Positions 27,977 through 39,034 of a stretch of DNA of 44,032 nt are shown piece after piece. The stretch spans positions 1 to 44,032 of IMG/VR virus record IMGVR_UViG_2740892015_000005. One strand, written 5' to 3'. Numbering within the stretch: position 1 is the stretch's first letter; each line of letters starts with the position of its first letter. Made by a program: the position numbers and the translations under genes. The stretch comes from a virus. Taxonomy: Duplodnaviria > Heunggongvirae > Uroviricota > Caudoviricetes. The notes beneath the pieces were generated by a model. The model had not been told where the DNA came from, made no database searches, and saw nothing but the letters and a program-made list of their open reading frames with translations.

Positions 27977-28870
27977 ATGGACCAGATGGCAGAAAACACA
28001 CCAGAAGTTGAAATCGAAACCGACGCGTCAGAGCAGATTCCTGATGATGTCGAACTGGCTGAAGAAGTCGAAACAGAAGATGGCAGTGAGTCCTCCGGTA
28101 ATGATGCAGAGGAAGCTACTGAAACTGATGACGACGAATCAGAACAGGAATTCTACTTTGGTGACGAAAAGCTGGATTCGCCAACCAGCGAAGATGGCGC
28201 AGAGCATGGACTGGTAAAACACCTGCGCAAGACGATTAAAGAGAAAGACCGTGAGCTGAAAGAGCTGATGCGTCAGTCCCAGAAACCCGTCGAGCAGCAG
28301 CCGGTAATCACTCAACCGCCGCGAATGCCAAAACTGGATGATGAGGACATCAGTTTCGATGAAGAAATCTACCAGCAACGCATGGCTAAGTGGGCAGAGG
28401 ATAACGGCAAGTACCAGCAACAGGAGATGGCTCGCAAGCAGAAGGAGCAGGAGCTTCAGGCTGCTTATCAAGAGCGATTATCCAAATATCAGCAACGTGT
28501 TAAGGCTCTCAAAGTTCCTGGCTATCAGGAAGCTGAGCAGGCCGTACTCGAGGAAATCCCCATCGAGACACAAAACGCGATCTTGTTTGAGTCAGAGAAG
28601 CCGGAAATCGTTGTTCTGGCACTCGGTCGCAACGCTGAACTGCGCAAGCAACTGGCAGAAGTTACCAACCCCGTAGCAATTGGTCGTCTGCTGGAACGTA
28701 TCGAATCGAAGGCCAGAATCATGCCAAAAGCAAAAACCACGGCAGCCACAACCCCGACAGTTAAGGGGAGCAACGGCGCAGTAATCAACAACCTCGACAA
28801 ACTGAAAGCCAAGGCGCTGGAAACTGGTGACTGGACGCCGTATTTCGCCGCTAAAAAGGCAAAAAAATAA
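27977..28870 (+). CDS. Scaffolding protein (P22 gp8-like)
   Basis: Acidic N-terminus and highly charged helical protein between the portal and coat genes. Confidence 0.75.
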   Translation: MDQMAENTPEVEIETDASEQIPDDVELAEEVETEDGSESSGNDAEEATETDDDESEQEFYFGDEKLDSPTSEDGAEHGLVKHLRKTIKEKDRELKELMRQSQKPVEQQPVITQPPRMPKLDDEDISFDEEIYQQRMAKWAEDNGKYQQQEMARKQKEQELQAAYQERLSKYQQRVKALKVPGYQEAEQAVLEEIPIETQNAILFESEKPEIVVLALGRNAELRKQLAEVTNPVAIGRLLERIESKARIMPKAKTTAATTPTVKGSNGAVINNLDKLKAKALETGDWTPYFAAKKAKK

Positions 28871-28888
28871 CCTATCGGAGCATTAAGC

Positions 28889-30142
28889 ATGGCTAACCAA
28901 TTAGCAAAAGACCTTGAAATCATGTTCGAAAACTACGTTGAAGGCTTTGAGGCCGCCTGCGTAGTTTCCCGTAACGCTAAAAAATTCCGTCCCGGTGATA
29001 CAGCAATGCAGCGAGCAGGTGATGTTCTGTATCGTCCGCAGCATTACCACATGAACATTGAGGAAGGCCTAGACCTCAGCGGCAAAACGCCAACAGCACT
29101 GGTTCAGCGCCTTGTTCCTTCTGTGTTCAAGGAGCCGAAAAACATTCTGTACACTCTGGATGCGCGTGAAATGCGTGACCCGGAACATAAAACTGAAGCT
29201 GGTCGCGCCGCAGGTATGCGCCTTGCTGCACAGATTGACTCTGACCTGATTTCCATGGTTACGCAGCGTGCTACTAACGTGATCACGATGGCTGACTCAA
29301 CCACAGGTTCACAGGGCCGTGATTTGTGGAACTGTGCGGCAGGTATTGATGCCACCATGACGGCGATTGGTGTACCTCAGGGTATCAACCGTCGCTCTTT
29401 CTGGAACCCCTTCAACTACAAAGACCTTGCTGGCGAGCTTGGTCACCGTGCCTATGCCCAGGGCGCAACCCTGACAGCATACGAAAAAGCGCAGATCCCT
29501 CCGGTTGCGTCATTCGATAGCTACAAGACCGATATTTCTGGTCGTGTTCCGAAGGGTACAGCAACTTCCATTACGCTGGCAGCAGCACCTGCGCACAAGG
29601 TTGAAGCGAAAGATGCTAACGATATGCCAGTGGATAACCGACAGGGGACCATTACGGTATCTACTGAAGGTTTGCAGGTTGGCGATGCGTTTACCATCGC
29701 AGGGGTGAATTCCGTACACCAGATCACCAAAGATACCACCGGGCAGCCGCAGGTATTCCGCGTTCTGGCAGTTAGCGGAACGACAGTAACTATCTCTCCG
29801 AAAATTCTGCCGCCTGACAACGCGGATGTCGCCAGCCGTCCATATGCAAACGTTGATGCTAATGCGGCAAGTAGCGCAGCAATCACCATTCTCAACAAAA
29901 ATGCCGCACCGGCTAACCTGTTCTGGGCTGATGGTTCTGTTGAACTGATGTACGGCAAACTGGCATTCCCGACTGGTCAGGGTCCACAGGTAATGACAGC
30001 AACCACCGAGCAGGGCGCTACGCTGATCATGTCTTACGCCTTCGACCACATCAAAGGCGTAACCACTGCTCGTTTCACCACTCTGTACGGTTGCTCTGTA
30101 CTTGTTCCTGAATATACGGGCATCGTTATTGCCGGGCAGTAA
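28889..30142 (+). CDS. Major capsid (coat) protein (P22 gp5-like)
   Basis: 417 aa between scaffold and gp4. Local similarity to P22 coat (NLFWADGSV versus NVFWADDAI). Followed by a strong terminator. Confidence 0.85.
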   Translation: MANQLAKDLEIMFENYVEGFEAACVVSRNAKKFRPGDTAMQRAGDVLYRPQHYHMNIEEGLDLSGKTPTALVQRLVPSVFKEPKNILYTLDAREMRDPEHKTEAGRAAGMRLAAQIDSDLISMVTQRATNVITMADSTTGSQGRDLWNCAAGIDATMTAIGVPQGINRRSFWNPFNYKDLAGELGHRAYAQGATLTAYEKAQIPPVASFDSYKTDISGRVPKGTATSITLAAAPAHKVEAKDANDMPVDNRQGTITVSTEGLQVGDAFTIAGVNSVHQITKDTTGQPQVFRVLAVSGTTVTISPKILPPDNADVASRPYANVDANAASSAAITILNKNAAPANLFWADGSVELMYGKLAFPTGQGPQVMTATTEQGATLIMSYAFDHIKGVTTARFTTLYGCSVLVPEYTGIVIAGQ

Positions 30143-30145
30143 TTT

Positions 30146-30170
30146 GGGTGGGGCTTCGGCCCCATTTTTA
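30146..30170 (+). terminator. Rho-independent terminator after the coat gene
   Basis: GGGGC-TTCG-GCCCC hairpin followed by ATTTTTATT. Confidence 0.6.
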
Positions 30171-30183
30171 TTGGGAGAAGACA

Positions 30184-30372
30184 ATGGCACGAACAATGCT
30201 CTATAAGCCGGGCAACATGATCACCTGTGGTCAGTTTGCTGTCGATTACATCATTGTTGATGACGAAGAAGTTAAATCTCACCTGAAAAAAGGCTGGGTA
30301 AAAACTCCTGAAGAAACCGCAACGAAGCAAAAAGTGGCTAAGGCGGAAGAAGATGGCGAAAACGAAGGGTGA
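30184..30372 (+). CDS. Small hypothetical protein between coat and gp4
   Basis: GGGAGAAGACA Shine-Dalgarno before the ATG at 30184 (MARTMLYKPG...); overlaps the gp4 start. Confidence 0.4.
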   Translation: MARTMLYKPGNMITCGQFAVDYIIVDDEEVKSHLKKGWVKTPEETATKQKVAKAEEDGENEG

Positions 30373-30814
30373 TCTCGTTCTTAAGGCTTTACGAAAAGCC
30401 GGGCTGTATTCCAATGCCACGTTGACAGATGCCGACCCTCAGGCAATTGAAGATGCCATTAATGACCTCGAAGACATGATGGCAGCATGGCAGGCGAAAG
30501 GTATCGAGCTTGGATATCAGTTTGCGGATACAGAAAACGGCATCATGCCGTTACCTGACGATGATTCAGGTATCCCTGCATGGGCAAATGATGGCGTCGC
30601 TTTGAAGCTCGCTGTGCAAGTGTGCATGGATAACGTCATTCAGCCGTCAGACGCTCTCCTTACCGCTGCTGACAGTGCATATCAGACAATCTGCATCGCT
30701 TTAACCAAAATACCACCACTTGAGCGGCGAAATGACATGCCTCGCGGTAGTGGTAACAAAAGCGCGTTTACGTGGAATCGGTTTTACATCGAGAAAGATG
30801 ATCCGAGTACGTGA
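30353..30814 (+). CDS. Head completion / tail adaptor protein (P22 gp4-like)
   Basis: Synteny (coat, gp4, gp10, gp26) and size of 153 aa. Confidence 0.65.
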   Translation: MAKTKGDLVLKALRKAGLYSNATLTDADPQAIEDAINDLEDMMAAWQAKGIELGYQFADTENGIMPLPDDDSGIPAWANDGVALKLAVQVCMDNVIQPSDALLTAADSAYQTICIALTKIPPLERRNDMPRGSGNKSAFTWNRFYIEKDDPST

Positions 30815-30823
30815 GGTGAATAA

Positions 30824-30928
30824 ATGCCGATTCAGCAACTTCCGCTTATGAAAGGTGTCGGCAAAGACTTCCTAAACGCCGACTATATCGACTATCTGCC
30901 AGTGAATATGTTGGCAATTTTGATATAA
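30824..30928 (+). pseudogene. Remnant 5' fragment of gene 10 (first 31 codons, then premature stop)
   Basis: MPIQQLPLMKGVGKDFLNADYIDYLPVNMLA matches the P22 gp10 N-terminus as I recall it, then runs into ILI-stop. GAGGTGA Shine-Dalgarno. The intact gene resumes at 31497 with a recoded copy of the same codons. Confidence 0.6.
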
Positions 30929-30964
30929 TAAGTACATGAAAAATCGAAACTTTAAGGAGTAGAT

Positions 30965-31549
30965 ATGCTTTCTGAGAATGCTAAAGATATACCTGGATTT
31001 GAAGGTGTTTATGCCGTAACAGAAGATGGCAGGGTATATTCTCACTCACGTGTTGTTAAGGCTGCGCATGGCAGCACGCAACTCAGAAAGGGGCGCTGGT
31101 TAAAGCCTAAAATCAATCAGGGAAGGGTGCTTTATAATATCGGAGCAAAATGGACTTTTGCCCATCGAATCGTTGCAATGACATTCCTGCCAAATCCTGA
31201 AAACAAGCCTCAGGTAAATCATATTGATGGCAATCCACTCAATAATAACGTCAATAATCTTGAGTGGTGCACTCAAAGCGAAAACATCAAACATGCATAC
31301 GCCACCGGATTAAAGAAACCAATCAAGTTTTTCGGAACCAAGCACCCAAAACACAAGTTGAGTGATGACGATGTTCTTGCAATCAAGTCATCAAAAGAAA
31401 GCTTGTCAGTAATTGCGGCTAAGTACGGAATATCTAAGACCTGGGCAAGTAGGCTAAAGCGTGATGCTAACTGGGTTCATATAAAGGCTGATTCCAATGG
31501 CAATACAACAACTACCACTAATGAAGGGATTGGGGAAAAGTGCGGTTAA
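30965..31549 (+). CDS. HNH homing endonuclease (NUMOD4-like N-terminus plus HNH)
   Basis: N-terminal [19 protein letters not shown] module and HNH motif (FLPNPENKPQVNHIDGNPLNNNVNNLEWCTQSEN). AT-rich. The 3' end overlaps the gene 10 start. Confidence 0.8.
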   Translation: MLSENAKDIPGFEGVYAVTEDGRVYSHSRVVKAAHGSTQLRKGRWLKPKINQGRVLYNIGAKWTFAHRIVAMTFLPNPENKPQVNHIDGNPLNNNVNNLEWCTQSENIKHAYATGLKKPIKFFGTKHPKHKLSDDDVLAIKSSKESLSVIAAKYGISKTWASRLKRDANWVHIKADSNGNTTTTTNEGIGEKCG

Positions 31550-32915
31550 TGCTGATTATATAGACCAACTTCCAGTCAATCTTTTAGCTACGCCCAAGGA
31601 GGTGTTGAATTCATCGGGATATCTTCGCTCATTCCCGGGCATTGCAAAACGTTCCGACGTGAATGGCGTATCGCGGGGCGTCGAGTACAACATGGCGCAG
31701 AGTGCTGTTTATCGTGTGTGTGGTGGCAAGCTGTACAAAGGAGAAAGTGAAGTCGGTGATGTTGCCGGAAGTGGTCGTGTATCAATGGCGCATGGTCGGA
31801 CATCACAGGCGGTAGGAGTTAATGGTCAACTGGTCGAGTATCGTTATGATGGCACGGTTAAAACCGTCTCAAACTGGCCAACAGACAGCGGATTCACGCA
31901 GTATGAATTAGGTTCGGTCCGTGACATTACGCGCTTACGTGGGCGTTATGCGTGGTCAAAAGACGGCACTGATTCATGGTTTATCACTGACCTTGAAGAC
32001 GAATCGCATCCTGACCGATACAGCGCACAATATCGCGCAGAATCGCAGCCTGACGGCATCATCGGCATCGGAACATGGCGAGACTTCATCGTATGCTTTG
32101 GTTCATCAACGATTGAATATTTCTCCCTGACTGGTGCAACCACCGTTGGTGCCGCTTTGTATGTCGCACAGCCATCGCTGATGGTGCAGAAAGGTATTGC
32201 CGGGACTTACTGCAAAACGCCATTCGCTGATTCTTATGCGTTCATCAGCAATCCGGCAACAGGTGCGCCGTCTGTATATATCATCGGCTCCGGTCAGGTA
32301 TCACCAATCGCCAGCGCGAGCATTGAGAAAATCCTCCGCTCCTACACTGCTGATGAACTTGCTGATGGTGTGATGGAGTCTCTGCGATTTGATGCGCATG
32401 AGCTGCTGATTATTCACCTGCCGCGCCATGTCCTCGTGTACGACGCATCTTCAAGCGCCAATGGTCCGCAATGGTGCGTACTGAAAACAGGCCTGTATGA
32501 CGATGTGTACCGCGCTATCGACTTCATTTACGAAGGCAATCAGATAACGTGCGGCGATAAGCTGGAGTCCGTGACCGGGAAACTGCAGTTCGATATATCT
32601 TCACAATACGAAAAACAACAAGAGCATATTTTATATTCCCCTCTAATAAAGGCAGATAACGCTTTAATAAATGACCTTGAATTAGAAACATCTGGCGGCG
32701 TGTGTGATAGAATAGATAAAATATTTATATCAGCCACTACAGATGGAATTAGTTACGGTCGTGAGCAAATGGTCGTATTACAAAAACCATTTGTATATGA
32801 CAATCGCGTTTTATGGCGAAAGGTTGGTCGAGTTAGACGCCTCATCGGATTTAAATTCAGAGTTATTGCAAAAGGTCCTGTCACATTATCAGGCCTTTCT
32901 ATTCGTGCAACATAA
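31497..32915 (+). CDS. Gene 10 product (P22 gp10-like tail hub protein)
   Basis: 472 aa, co-linear with P22 gp10 as I recall it. The first roughly 30 codons and the last roughly 110 codons are AT-rich (recoded) relative to the middle. Confidence 0.8.
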   Translation: MAIQQLPLMKGLGKSAVNADYIDQLPVNLLATPKEVLNSSGYLRSFPGIAKRSDVNGVSRGVEYNMAQSAVYRVCGGKLYKGESEVGDVAGSGRVSMAHGRTSQAVGVNGQLVEYRYDGTVKTVSNWPTDSGFTQYELGSVRDITRLRGRYAWSKDGTDSWFITDLEDESHPDRYSAQYRAESQPDGIIGIGTWRDFIVCFGSSTIEYFSLTGATTVGAALYVAQPSLMVQKGIAGTYCKTPFADSYAFISNPATGAPSVYIIGSGQVSPIASASIEKILRSYTADELADGVMESLRFDAHELLIIHLPRHVLVYDASSSANGPQWCVLKTGLYDDVYRAIDFIYEGNQITCGDKLESVTGKLQFDISSQYEKQQEHILYSPLIKADNALINDLELETSGGVCDRIDKIFISATTDGISYGREQMVVLQKPFVYDNRVLWRKVGRVRRLIGFKFRVIAKGPVTLSGLSIRAT

Positions 32916-32936
32916 ATCGAAACTCAAGGAGTAGAT

Positions 32937-33470
32937 ATGTTAAGTGAAAACGCAAAAGATATCGAAGGATATGAAGGACTGTACGCCATCACTAATGATG
33001 GTAGAGTTTACTCGCATTCAAGAGTAAATTTGAGGGGACGCCTTATTAAGGGTAGGTGGCTAAAGCATAATCATAACGTAAATGGATATAAGTATGTGTG
33101 TTTATATAAGGATGGCGTAAAAAAGAACATACTAATACATAAGCTTGTTGCATCTCACTTTGTTGGTGGATTTGCTGAAGGGTTACAGGTAAATCATATA
33201 GATGGTGATAAATATAATAATAACTATCTAAATCTTGAATGGGTTACTCCATCAGGAAACATCTCACACTCATATGGATTGGAGTCGAGAGGTAATGTAA
33301 AAGGAGAAAGGAATGGTAATTCTAAAATATCTAATGATGATGTCATAAAGATAAAAGAAATGGTTGCCAATGGATTTCCTCAGTGTGAAGTTGCTAAATT
33401 ATTTGGAATTCACAATTCAAAGGTTAGTAGAATTGTAAATGGCAAGGCATGGAGGCATGTTAATGGCTGA
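32937..33470 (+). CDS. HNH homing endonuclease (NUMOD4-like plus HNH plus C-terminal HTH), paralogue of 30965..31549
   Basis: Shares the upstream sequence AAATCGAAACT..AAGGAGTAGATATG and the N-terminus [25 protein letters not shown] with the other gene-10-associated HNH. Motif [22 protein letters not shown]. Confidence 0.8.
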   Translation: MLSENAKDIEGYEGLYAITNDGRVYSHSRVNLRGRLIKGRWLKHNHNVNGYKYVCLYKDGVKKNILIHKLVASHFVGGFAEGLQVNHIDGDKYNNNYLNLEWVTPSGNISHSYGLESRGNVKGERNGNSKISNDDVIKIKEMVANGFPQCEVAKLFGIHNSKVSRIVNGKAWRHVNG

Positions 33471-34164
33471 TTCGAATCTCAACACCCCTGTTATTGTGCA
33501 GGCTACACGGCTCGACACATCAGTCCTTCCACGCAATATCTTCTCGCAGTCATATCTGCTGTACGTTATCGCACAGGGTACTGATGTTGGTAATGTGGCG
33601 AACAAGGCCAACGAGGCCGGACAGGGCGCTTACGATGCTCAGGTGAAAAACGATGAACAGGATGTCGAACTGGCTGATCACGACGCAAGAATCACCGCAA
33701 ACACAAAAGCGATAAATCTCCTTGAGGTCAGGTTAACAACCGCCGAAGGGAAGATAGTCGTACTGCGTAGCGATGTTGATTACTTGCTGGATGAGGTTAT
33801 CGATATTCAGGCGCATCTGGTCACTGTTGACCAAAGACTGGATGACGTAGAAAACGATGTCTCTGGCATTAAGAGTGATTACGTATCGAAAACCGTAACC
33901 GAATTGCAGTCTCTTGAGTCACCGCTGGATGTAAAAACATCATATTCAGTTGATGGAATTCAGGTTGTTGGAGCAAGAAATACCGGATGGACTGCAGCCA
34001 CAGGTACGCCACTTCTTGGCTCATTCAACGCTAACCAGTCATACACGGTCGGCACTACGTACACACAATCCGAAGTCGCAGCTCTCGCTACAGGTTTGCA
34101 GCAGGCGCGGCAGCGTATTCTGGCGCTCGAAACGGCACTTAGATTACATGGGCTGATTGACTGA
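33463..34164 (+). CDS. Tail needle protein (P22 gp26-like)
   Basis: 233 aa, alignable with P22 gp26 ([37 protein letters not shown]...; C-terminal [22 protein letters not shown]). Confidence 0.85.
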   Translation: MADSNLNTPVIVQATRLDTSVLPRNIFSQSYLLYVIAQGTDVGNVANKANEAGQGAYDAQVKNDEQDVELADHDARITANTKAINLLEVRLTTAEGKIVVLRSDVDYLLDEVIDIQAHLVTVDQRLDDVENDVSGIKSDYVSKTVTELQSLESPLDVKTSYSVDGIQVVGARNTGWTAATGTPLLGSFNANQSYTVGTTYTQSEVAALATGLQQARQRILALETALRLHGLID

Positions 34165-34619
34165 TGATTACATTCAAACCAACGCGAAACATCGACCTGA
34201 TCGAAGCTGTCGGAAATCACCCTGACATTATTGCCGGGAGCAACAACGGTGATGGATACGACTACAAGCCTGAATGCCGTTACTTTGAGGTGAACGTGCA
34301 CGGGCAGTTCGGCGGCATTGTTTACTATCAGGAGATTCAGCCGCTTACATTCGATTGCCACGCCATGTACCTGCCAGAGATTCGCGGCTTCAGCAAGGAA
34401 ATAGGGCTGGCGTTCTGGCGATACATTCTGACTAACACCACCGTTCAGTGCGTCACATCGTTCGCCGCACGCAAATTCCGCCACGGTCAGATGTACTGCG
34501 CAATGATTGGCCTTAAGCGTGTAGGAACCATCAAGAAATACTTCAAAGGCGTGGATGACGTGACGTTTTACAGCGCCACACGCGAAGAACTAATCGACTT
34601 CCTGAATCACGGGAGATAG
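34164..34619 (+). CDS. P22 gp14-like head/ejection-associated protein (assigned by synteny)
   Basis: Position between gp26 and gp7 homologues; size 151 aa. Confidence 0.45.
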   Translation: MITFKPTRNIDLIEAVGNHPDIIAGSNNGDGYDYKPECRYFEVNVHGQFGGIVYYQEIQPLTFDCHAMYLPEIRGFSKEIGLAFWRYILTNTTVQCVTSFAARKFRHGQMYCAMIGLKRVGTIKKYFKGVDDVTFYSATREELIDFLNHGR

Positions 34620-34621
34620 CC

Positions 34622-35314
34622 ATGTTATATGCATTTAAGCTGGGCAGAAAACTGCGCGGCGAGGAACCTTATTGCCCTGAAAAAGGCGGAAAAGGTGGCA
34701 GTTCTGATAAAAGTGCAAAGTATGCCGCAGAAGCTCAGAAGTATGCCGCAGACCTGCAAAATCAGCAGTTCAACACCATCATGAATAACCTAAAGCCGTT
34801 TACTCCTCTGGCTGATAAGTATGTCGGCAGCCTCGAGAACTTATCGTCTCTGGAAGGGCAAGGTCAGGCGCTAAACCAGTATTACAACTCTCAGCAGTAC
34901 AAAGATCTTGCTGGTCAGGCTCGCTATCAGAGTCTGGCGGCAGCGGAAGCAACAGGTGGATTGGGTTCCACCGCAACCAGTAATCAGTTAGCAACAATCG
35001 CACCAACGCTTGGTCAGCAATGGCTATCTGGACAAATGAACAATTACAACAACCTGGCAAATATCGGTCTTGGCGCTCTTCAGGGGCAGGCAAACGCCGG
35101 GCAAACATATGCCAACAACATGAGTCAGATTTCACAGCAAAGCGCGGCGCTGGCTGCGGCAAACGCCAACCGACCGTCAGCATTGCAGCAGGGGGTTAGT
35201 GGTGCTGCATCCGGTGCGCTTTTGGGTGGTGGCATAGCCAGTGCTCTCGAGCTATCAACTCCGTGGGGTGCTGGTATCGGTGCTGGTCTTGGTCTGCTTG
35301 GCTCGTTGTTTTAA
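34622..35314 (+). CDS. Ejection (internal virion) protein, P22 gp7-like
   Basis: Synteny and size (230 aa versus 229 in P22); Gln/Ala/Gly-rich low-complexity sequence typical of ejection proteins. Confidence 0.6.
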   Translation: MLYAFKLGRKLRGEEPYCPEKGGKGGSSDKSAKYAAEAQKYAADLQNQQFNTIMNNLKPFTPLADKYVGSLENLSSLEGQGQALNQYYNSQQYKDLAGQARYQSLAAAEATGGLGSTATSNQLATIAPTLGQQWLSGQMNNYNNLANIGLGALQGQANAGQTYANNMSQISQQSAALAAANANRPSALQQGVSGAASGALLGGGIASALELSTPWGAGIGAGLGLLGSLF

Positions 35315-35324
35315 GGGGTAATCA

Positions 35325-36674
35325 ATGGCTACGTGGCAACAGGGTATTAATTCTGGTGGGTTTCTTGCTGGCATCGGTGCGCAAAATGAGAATGCGCCAA
35401 AGGCAAGCGACATTAACGCAACGCTTGGTCTGATCCGCGAAAACAATGAACTGGCTCGCTCAGGTGCAAATAACGTTGGTCTGACCGCGTTACGTGGTCT
35501 GGCTGGAGTTGCTGATATTTACAATCAGGAACAGCAACAGAAAGCGATTAGTGCGTTCAATAAGGTTCACGCTGATGCATGGGCTTCTGGTGATCCATCG
35601 GGACTATTTAAGTTTGCCCAGGAAAATCCAGCGTTTGTTGCACAGGCACAACAGGCGTTTTCCGGTCTTAATGATCAGCAACGCAACGATATGGGCGATT
35701 TAGCCATGAGGGCTAACGTCGCTCTTTCTCAGGGACCGGAAGCCTACAGTAAATTCATTACTGATAACAAGGACAGGTTAAATCGCGTGGGTGCGAATGC
35801 TGACTGGATGATTCAGACAGGTATCCAGAATCCAGAGCAGCTATCACACATGCTGACTACTATGTCTCTCGGTGCGCTTGGACCAGAAAAGGCGTTTGCT
35901 GTTCAGGATAAGATGGTTGGTCGCCAACTAGAGAAAGGGCGATTGGATGAAAGCATTCGTCAGGCTGATATGGAGAATGCGAGAGGATGGGCAAATATCC
36001 AGAACGCTCAACTAGACAGGGCTCAGCGGGCACAAATGCATAATGATAACGTAGCCCTGAAGTTGCAGGAATTAGGGATGAAACAACAGGAAAGCGGAAA
36101 GATTGACCCAAAACTTGTTCGAGATCTGAATAGTGATATTAATGGGTTCTCAAAGAATTATTCTGCAATGCGCAGTGCTTCTGACAACCTACAAGCCCTT
36201 GGGAAGCGCAACACTCCAGCCGCGCAGTTGGGAATGATTTTCAACTATATGAAATCGCTGGATCCGCAATCTGTGGTACGCGAAGGTGAGCAAGTGCAGG
36301 TAAAACGCACTGATGGAATATTCGGCACACTTGGTAACTATGTTAGCCAATTATCTAACGGCAAGATGCTGAATAATGAGCAAGTCCAAGACTTAATCAA
36401 CACCTCAAAACTGATGGCAAATACTGAAGGCGAAAAGTTTAATCAGCAAATGGATGATTACCTTTCAACTTATGGAGACTCTCTCCCCAGCGGACTAACT
36501 AAGCAATTGCAATCCAGAAAAGCCAAGCTGTATGAAGATATTCAGCAGCCTGCGCAACAACAGACACAACAAGCAACATCTGGCGGTCAAACATTTCGAG
36601 AAGGTATGACCGCGAAAAATCCTAAAACTGGTCAGAAAATTATTTACAGGAACGGACAATGGCAACCAATGTAG
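35325..36674 (+). CDS. Ejection protein, P22 gp20-like
   Basis: Synteny and size (449 aa); coiled-coil-rich. Confidence 0.6.
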   Translation: MATWQQGINSGGFLAGIGAQNENAPKASDINATLGLIRENNELARSGANNVGLTALRGLAGVADIYNQEQQQKAISAFNKVHADAWASGDPSGLFKFAQENPAFVAQAQQAFSGLNDQQRNDMGDLAMRANVALSQGPEAYSKFITDNKDRLNRVGANADWMIQTGIQNPEQLSHMLTTMSLGALGPEKAFAVQDKMVGRQLEKGRLDESIRQADMENARGWANIQNAQLDRAQRAQMHNDNVALKLQELGMKQQESGKIDPKLVRDLNSDINGFSKNYSAMRSASDNLQALGKRNTPAAQLGMIFNYMKSLDPQSVVREGEQVQVKRTDGIFGTLGNYVSQLSNGKMLNNEQVQDLINTSKLMANTEGEKFNQQMDDYLSTYGDSLPSGLTKQLQSRKAKLYEDIQQPAQQQTQQATSGGQTFREGMTAKNPKTGQKIIYRNGQWQPM

Positions 36675-38782
36675 GTTTACCAGAGGGGTTTGTTCTGGAT
36701 GAACAGCCTGATAACTCACAACTTCCTGATGGCTTTGTGCTTGATTCCCAACCAGAACAGCAGCAATCTCCTTTGGTTTCACCAGAGGAAAATTCCAGAC
36801 AGGAAAATGTTGTTAATAATGCTAACGGTTTCGACCGTTTTATGTATGGCGTTCTCAGTGGATTGATGGATGTTGGTAAAGGTGTTGGCCTGTTTCAGGA
36901 TATGACACCAGAAGAGCAAGCCGCAATTCAGTCTCTACAGCAGAAGTTAGCGGCAAAACCATCAACCGCACAAGATGTTGGTGAGTTTGTTGGACAAGCA
37001 GCGCCATTTGTTAGTGGTGGTGGGATTATTTCTCAGGTTCCGAAAGGGGCGGCAAGGCTGGCTGCCGCCGCAGGGCTTGGTGCTGGAGAAGGGGCTATTG
37101 TAGCCAATGGAACAAATAGCGATGTTGCTTCCGGCGCTGCTATTGGCGCTGTGGCTGGCCCTGTAGCCGAGATTGTTGGTCCAGCGCTTGGGAAGATTGC
37201 AGGGAAAATTAAAAATAGTGCCGGGGATATTTATCGCTCATCCGTAGGGATGGGGAGTAAATCATCTAAAGCAACGTTAAAGAAAGCTGCTGGCGCAATG
37301 GATAATAAATTTATTGGCGGGCAACGAGCTATTCAAGGTTTCGCCGATGAAGTTAATCCTGATTTTAACGCGATAAATGCCATCCGTGAGCTAGAACTGG
37401 AAAATTATGCCACTCCAGGAATGATCTCTAATAATCCTGCTGTCAGGGCTCTTGATAATGCAGTGGCAAGTCTCCCTGGAACAGAGATTAGTGAGGCGCA
37501 TAAGCGCTTTATTACTGAATTAGGAAGAAAAGCTGATGAAATGATAACTTCATTTGGGGGAAACCTTGATAAGCAACTGGTTTCTGACAGGCTTGCAGAT
37601 AATTTTGATAAAACCATTTCATCATTACAAAATCAGTCAGATAACATCTACAACAAAATTGCCGAAAAGGTTCCAGTAAGAGACCGTATTGAGGCAACCA
37701 ATACATTGAATTTTTTAGAGGATTTTGCTGATGACATAGGTGGAATTGATGAATTATCTCCAATAATGAAGCGGACATTGAACCGACTTGATCCAAACAC
37801 CTTGCCAACGTATGGGCGTTTAGATCTCGCTAGAAAGCAGGTTGGGCAAGCTATTGGCAAAGGCTCTGGCCCATTCAAGGATGAAGAAACAGGTGTTCTT
37901 AAAAAGTTATATGCAGCTATAACAGATGACCAACAGGCTGTCGCAGAAAAATATGGCGCAGGGGAGTTATGGACGCTTGGTAAGGAGTTGGTAAAAAAAC
38001 GAAAATACATTGAAGATGATGCCGTAACCGTTTTGGGTAGAAAACTTCAGCAATCAGCAATTCCAAAAGTTGAAAGTGCCGTTGTTAATATGGCAAAAGG
38101 AAACGGTGGTGACTTTAGGCAATTAATGAAGTCAATTCCAAAGGATATGCGGCAGGAAGTTGCGCTCACCTCAATGAATAAAGCATTTACCAGCTATGCT
38201 AAATCACCAGGTCAGCAATTAGGGGTTGATGGATTTGTAAAATGGTATAACGGAATGTCACGCAATGGGGCCAATATGAAGGCTCTCCGTGATGCTATTG
38301 GCACAGATGCATCAAAGCGCCTTGATACGATTTATCAAGCAGCCAAGGCTATGAATAGACTCAATACTGGTAAGCAGTATGCTAGCAGCCTTGTGGATCA
38401 GCAAGTTAATAACTTTCTGAAGGAAAAGGGTAGTCTAGCAAAAATTTATGGAATAGCCTCAAAAGCTGCTGCGGCGGAAGGTGTTACAAGCTTATCTGGT
38501 CTTCCTGGTGTAGGTGCAACAGGGGTGATAACGTCCGCATTGATGTCAGGGAAAACAAGCAGGATAAAGGCTGCTGATGCTCTACTGTCTTCTCCTGAGT
38601 TTAAATCAATGCTATTTCGCCTGCAAAACGCACCAGTAGACAGAGCAGAAGTGAGACGCGTAATAGAAAGGAAACTGATGCAATCTGGGGCATTTAAGAG
38701 ATGGGAGAAAACCTTATCAACAGATGAAGCAAAAACCATTGCCCGCACGGGGATTATTACATGGCTCGCTAGTGACAGTTAG
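36659..38782 (+). CDS. Ejection protein, P22 gp16-like
   Basis: Synteny; last large gene of the head-to-ejection cluster (707 aa). Confidence 0.55.
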   Translation: MATNVGLPEGFVLDEQPDNSQLPDGFVLDSQPEQQQSPLVSPEENSRQENVVNNANGFDRFMYGVLSGLMDVGKGVGLFQDMTPEEQAAIQSLQQKLAAKPSTAQDVGEFVGQAAPFVSGGGIISQVPKGAARLAAAAGLGAGEGAIVANGTNSDVASGAAIGAVAGPVAEIVGPALGKIAGKIKNSAGDIYRSSVGMGSKSSKATLKKAAGAMDNKFIGGQRAIQGFADEVNPDFNAINAIRELELENYATPGMISNNPAVRALDNAVASLPGTEISEAHKRFITELGRKADEMITSFGGNLDKQLVSDRLADNFDKTISSLQNQSDNIYNKIAEKVPVRDRIEATNTLNFLEDFADDIGGIDELSPIMKRTLNRLDPNTLPTYGRLDLARKQVGQAIGKGSGPFKDEETGVLKKLYAAITDDQQAVAEKYGAGELWTLGKELVKKRKYIEDDAVTVLGRKLQQSAIPKVESAVVNMAKGNGGDFRQLMKSIPKDMRQEVALTSMNKAFTSYAKSPGQQLGVDGFVKWYNGMSRNGANMKALRDAIGTDASKRLDTIYQAAKAMNRLNTGKQYASSLVDQQVNNFLKEKGSLAKIYGIASKAAAAEGVTSLSGLPGVGATGVITSALMSGKTSRIKAADALLSSPEFKSMLFRLQNAPVDRAEVRRVIERKLMQSGAFKRWEKTLSTDEAKTIARTGIITWLASDS

Positions 38783-39006
38783 TCAACTTTGGTTATTTTG
38801 CCTTCTTTTTCTTGATGAACTTTGCATCCATCATCTTTTGATAGCCAAACTAAAAACTTTAAAACCTTAAACACAAGTACGGCTACTGCAATGAAAGCAC
38901 CAATCGCAATTATTGCTAGTGAAATTATTTGCATTGGTGCTTTTAATGCTGGGAAAACAGTGTAAATGAGCAAAAAAACAGCAATTATGATGATCCATTG
39001 CTTCAT
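38779..39006 (-). CDS. Small two-helix membrane protein (75 aa), last gene of the mnt-linked cassette
   Basis: Two hydrophobic segments (WIIIIAVFLLIYTVFPAL and IISLAIIAIGAFIAVAVLVF); AT-rich; convergent with and overlapping the gp16 stop. Confidence 0.5.
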   Translation of the reverse strand: MKQWIIIIAVFLLIYTVFPALKAPMQIISLAIIAIGAFIAVAVLVFKVLKFLVWLSKDDGCKVHQEKEGKITKVD

Positions 39007-39034
39007 GTTGTCCTCCCTGGTTTTATTGGTAAGA

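Noticed and set aside
29510-30196. 228-aa and 145-aa minus-strand ORFs within the coat gene
   Set aside because: Antisense artefacts inside a strongly supported capsid gene.
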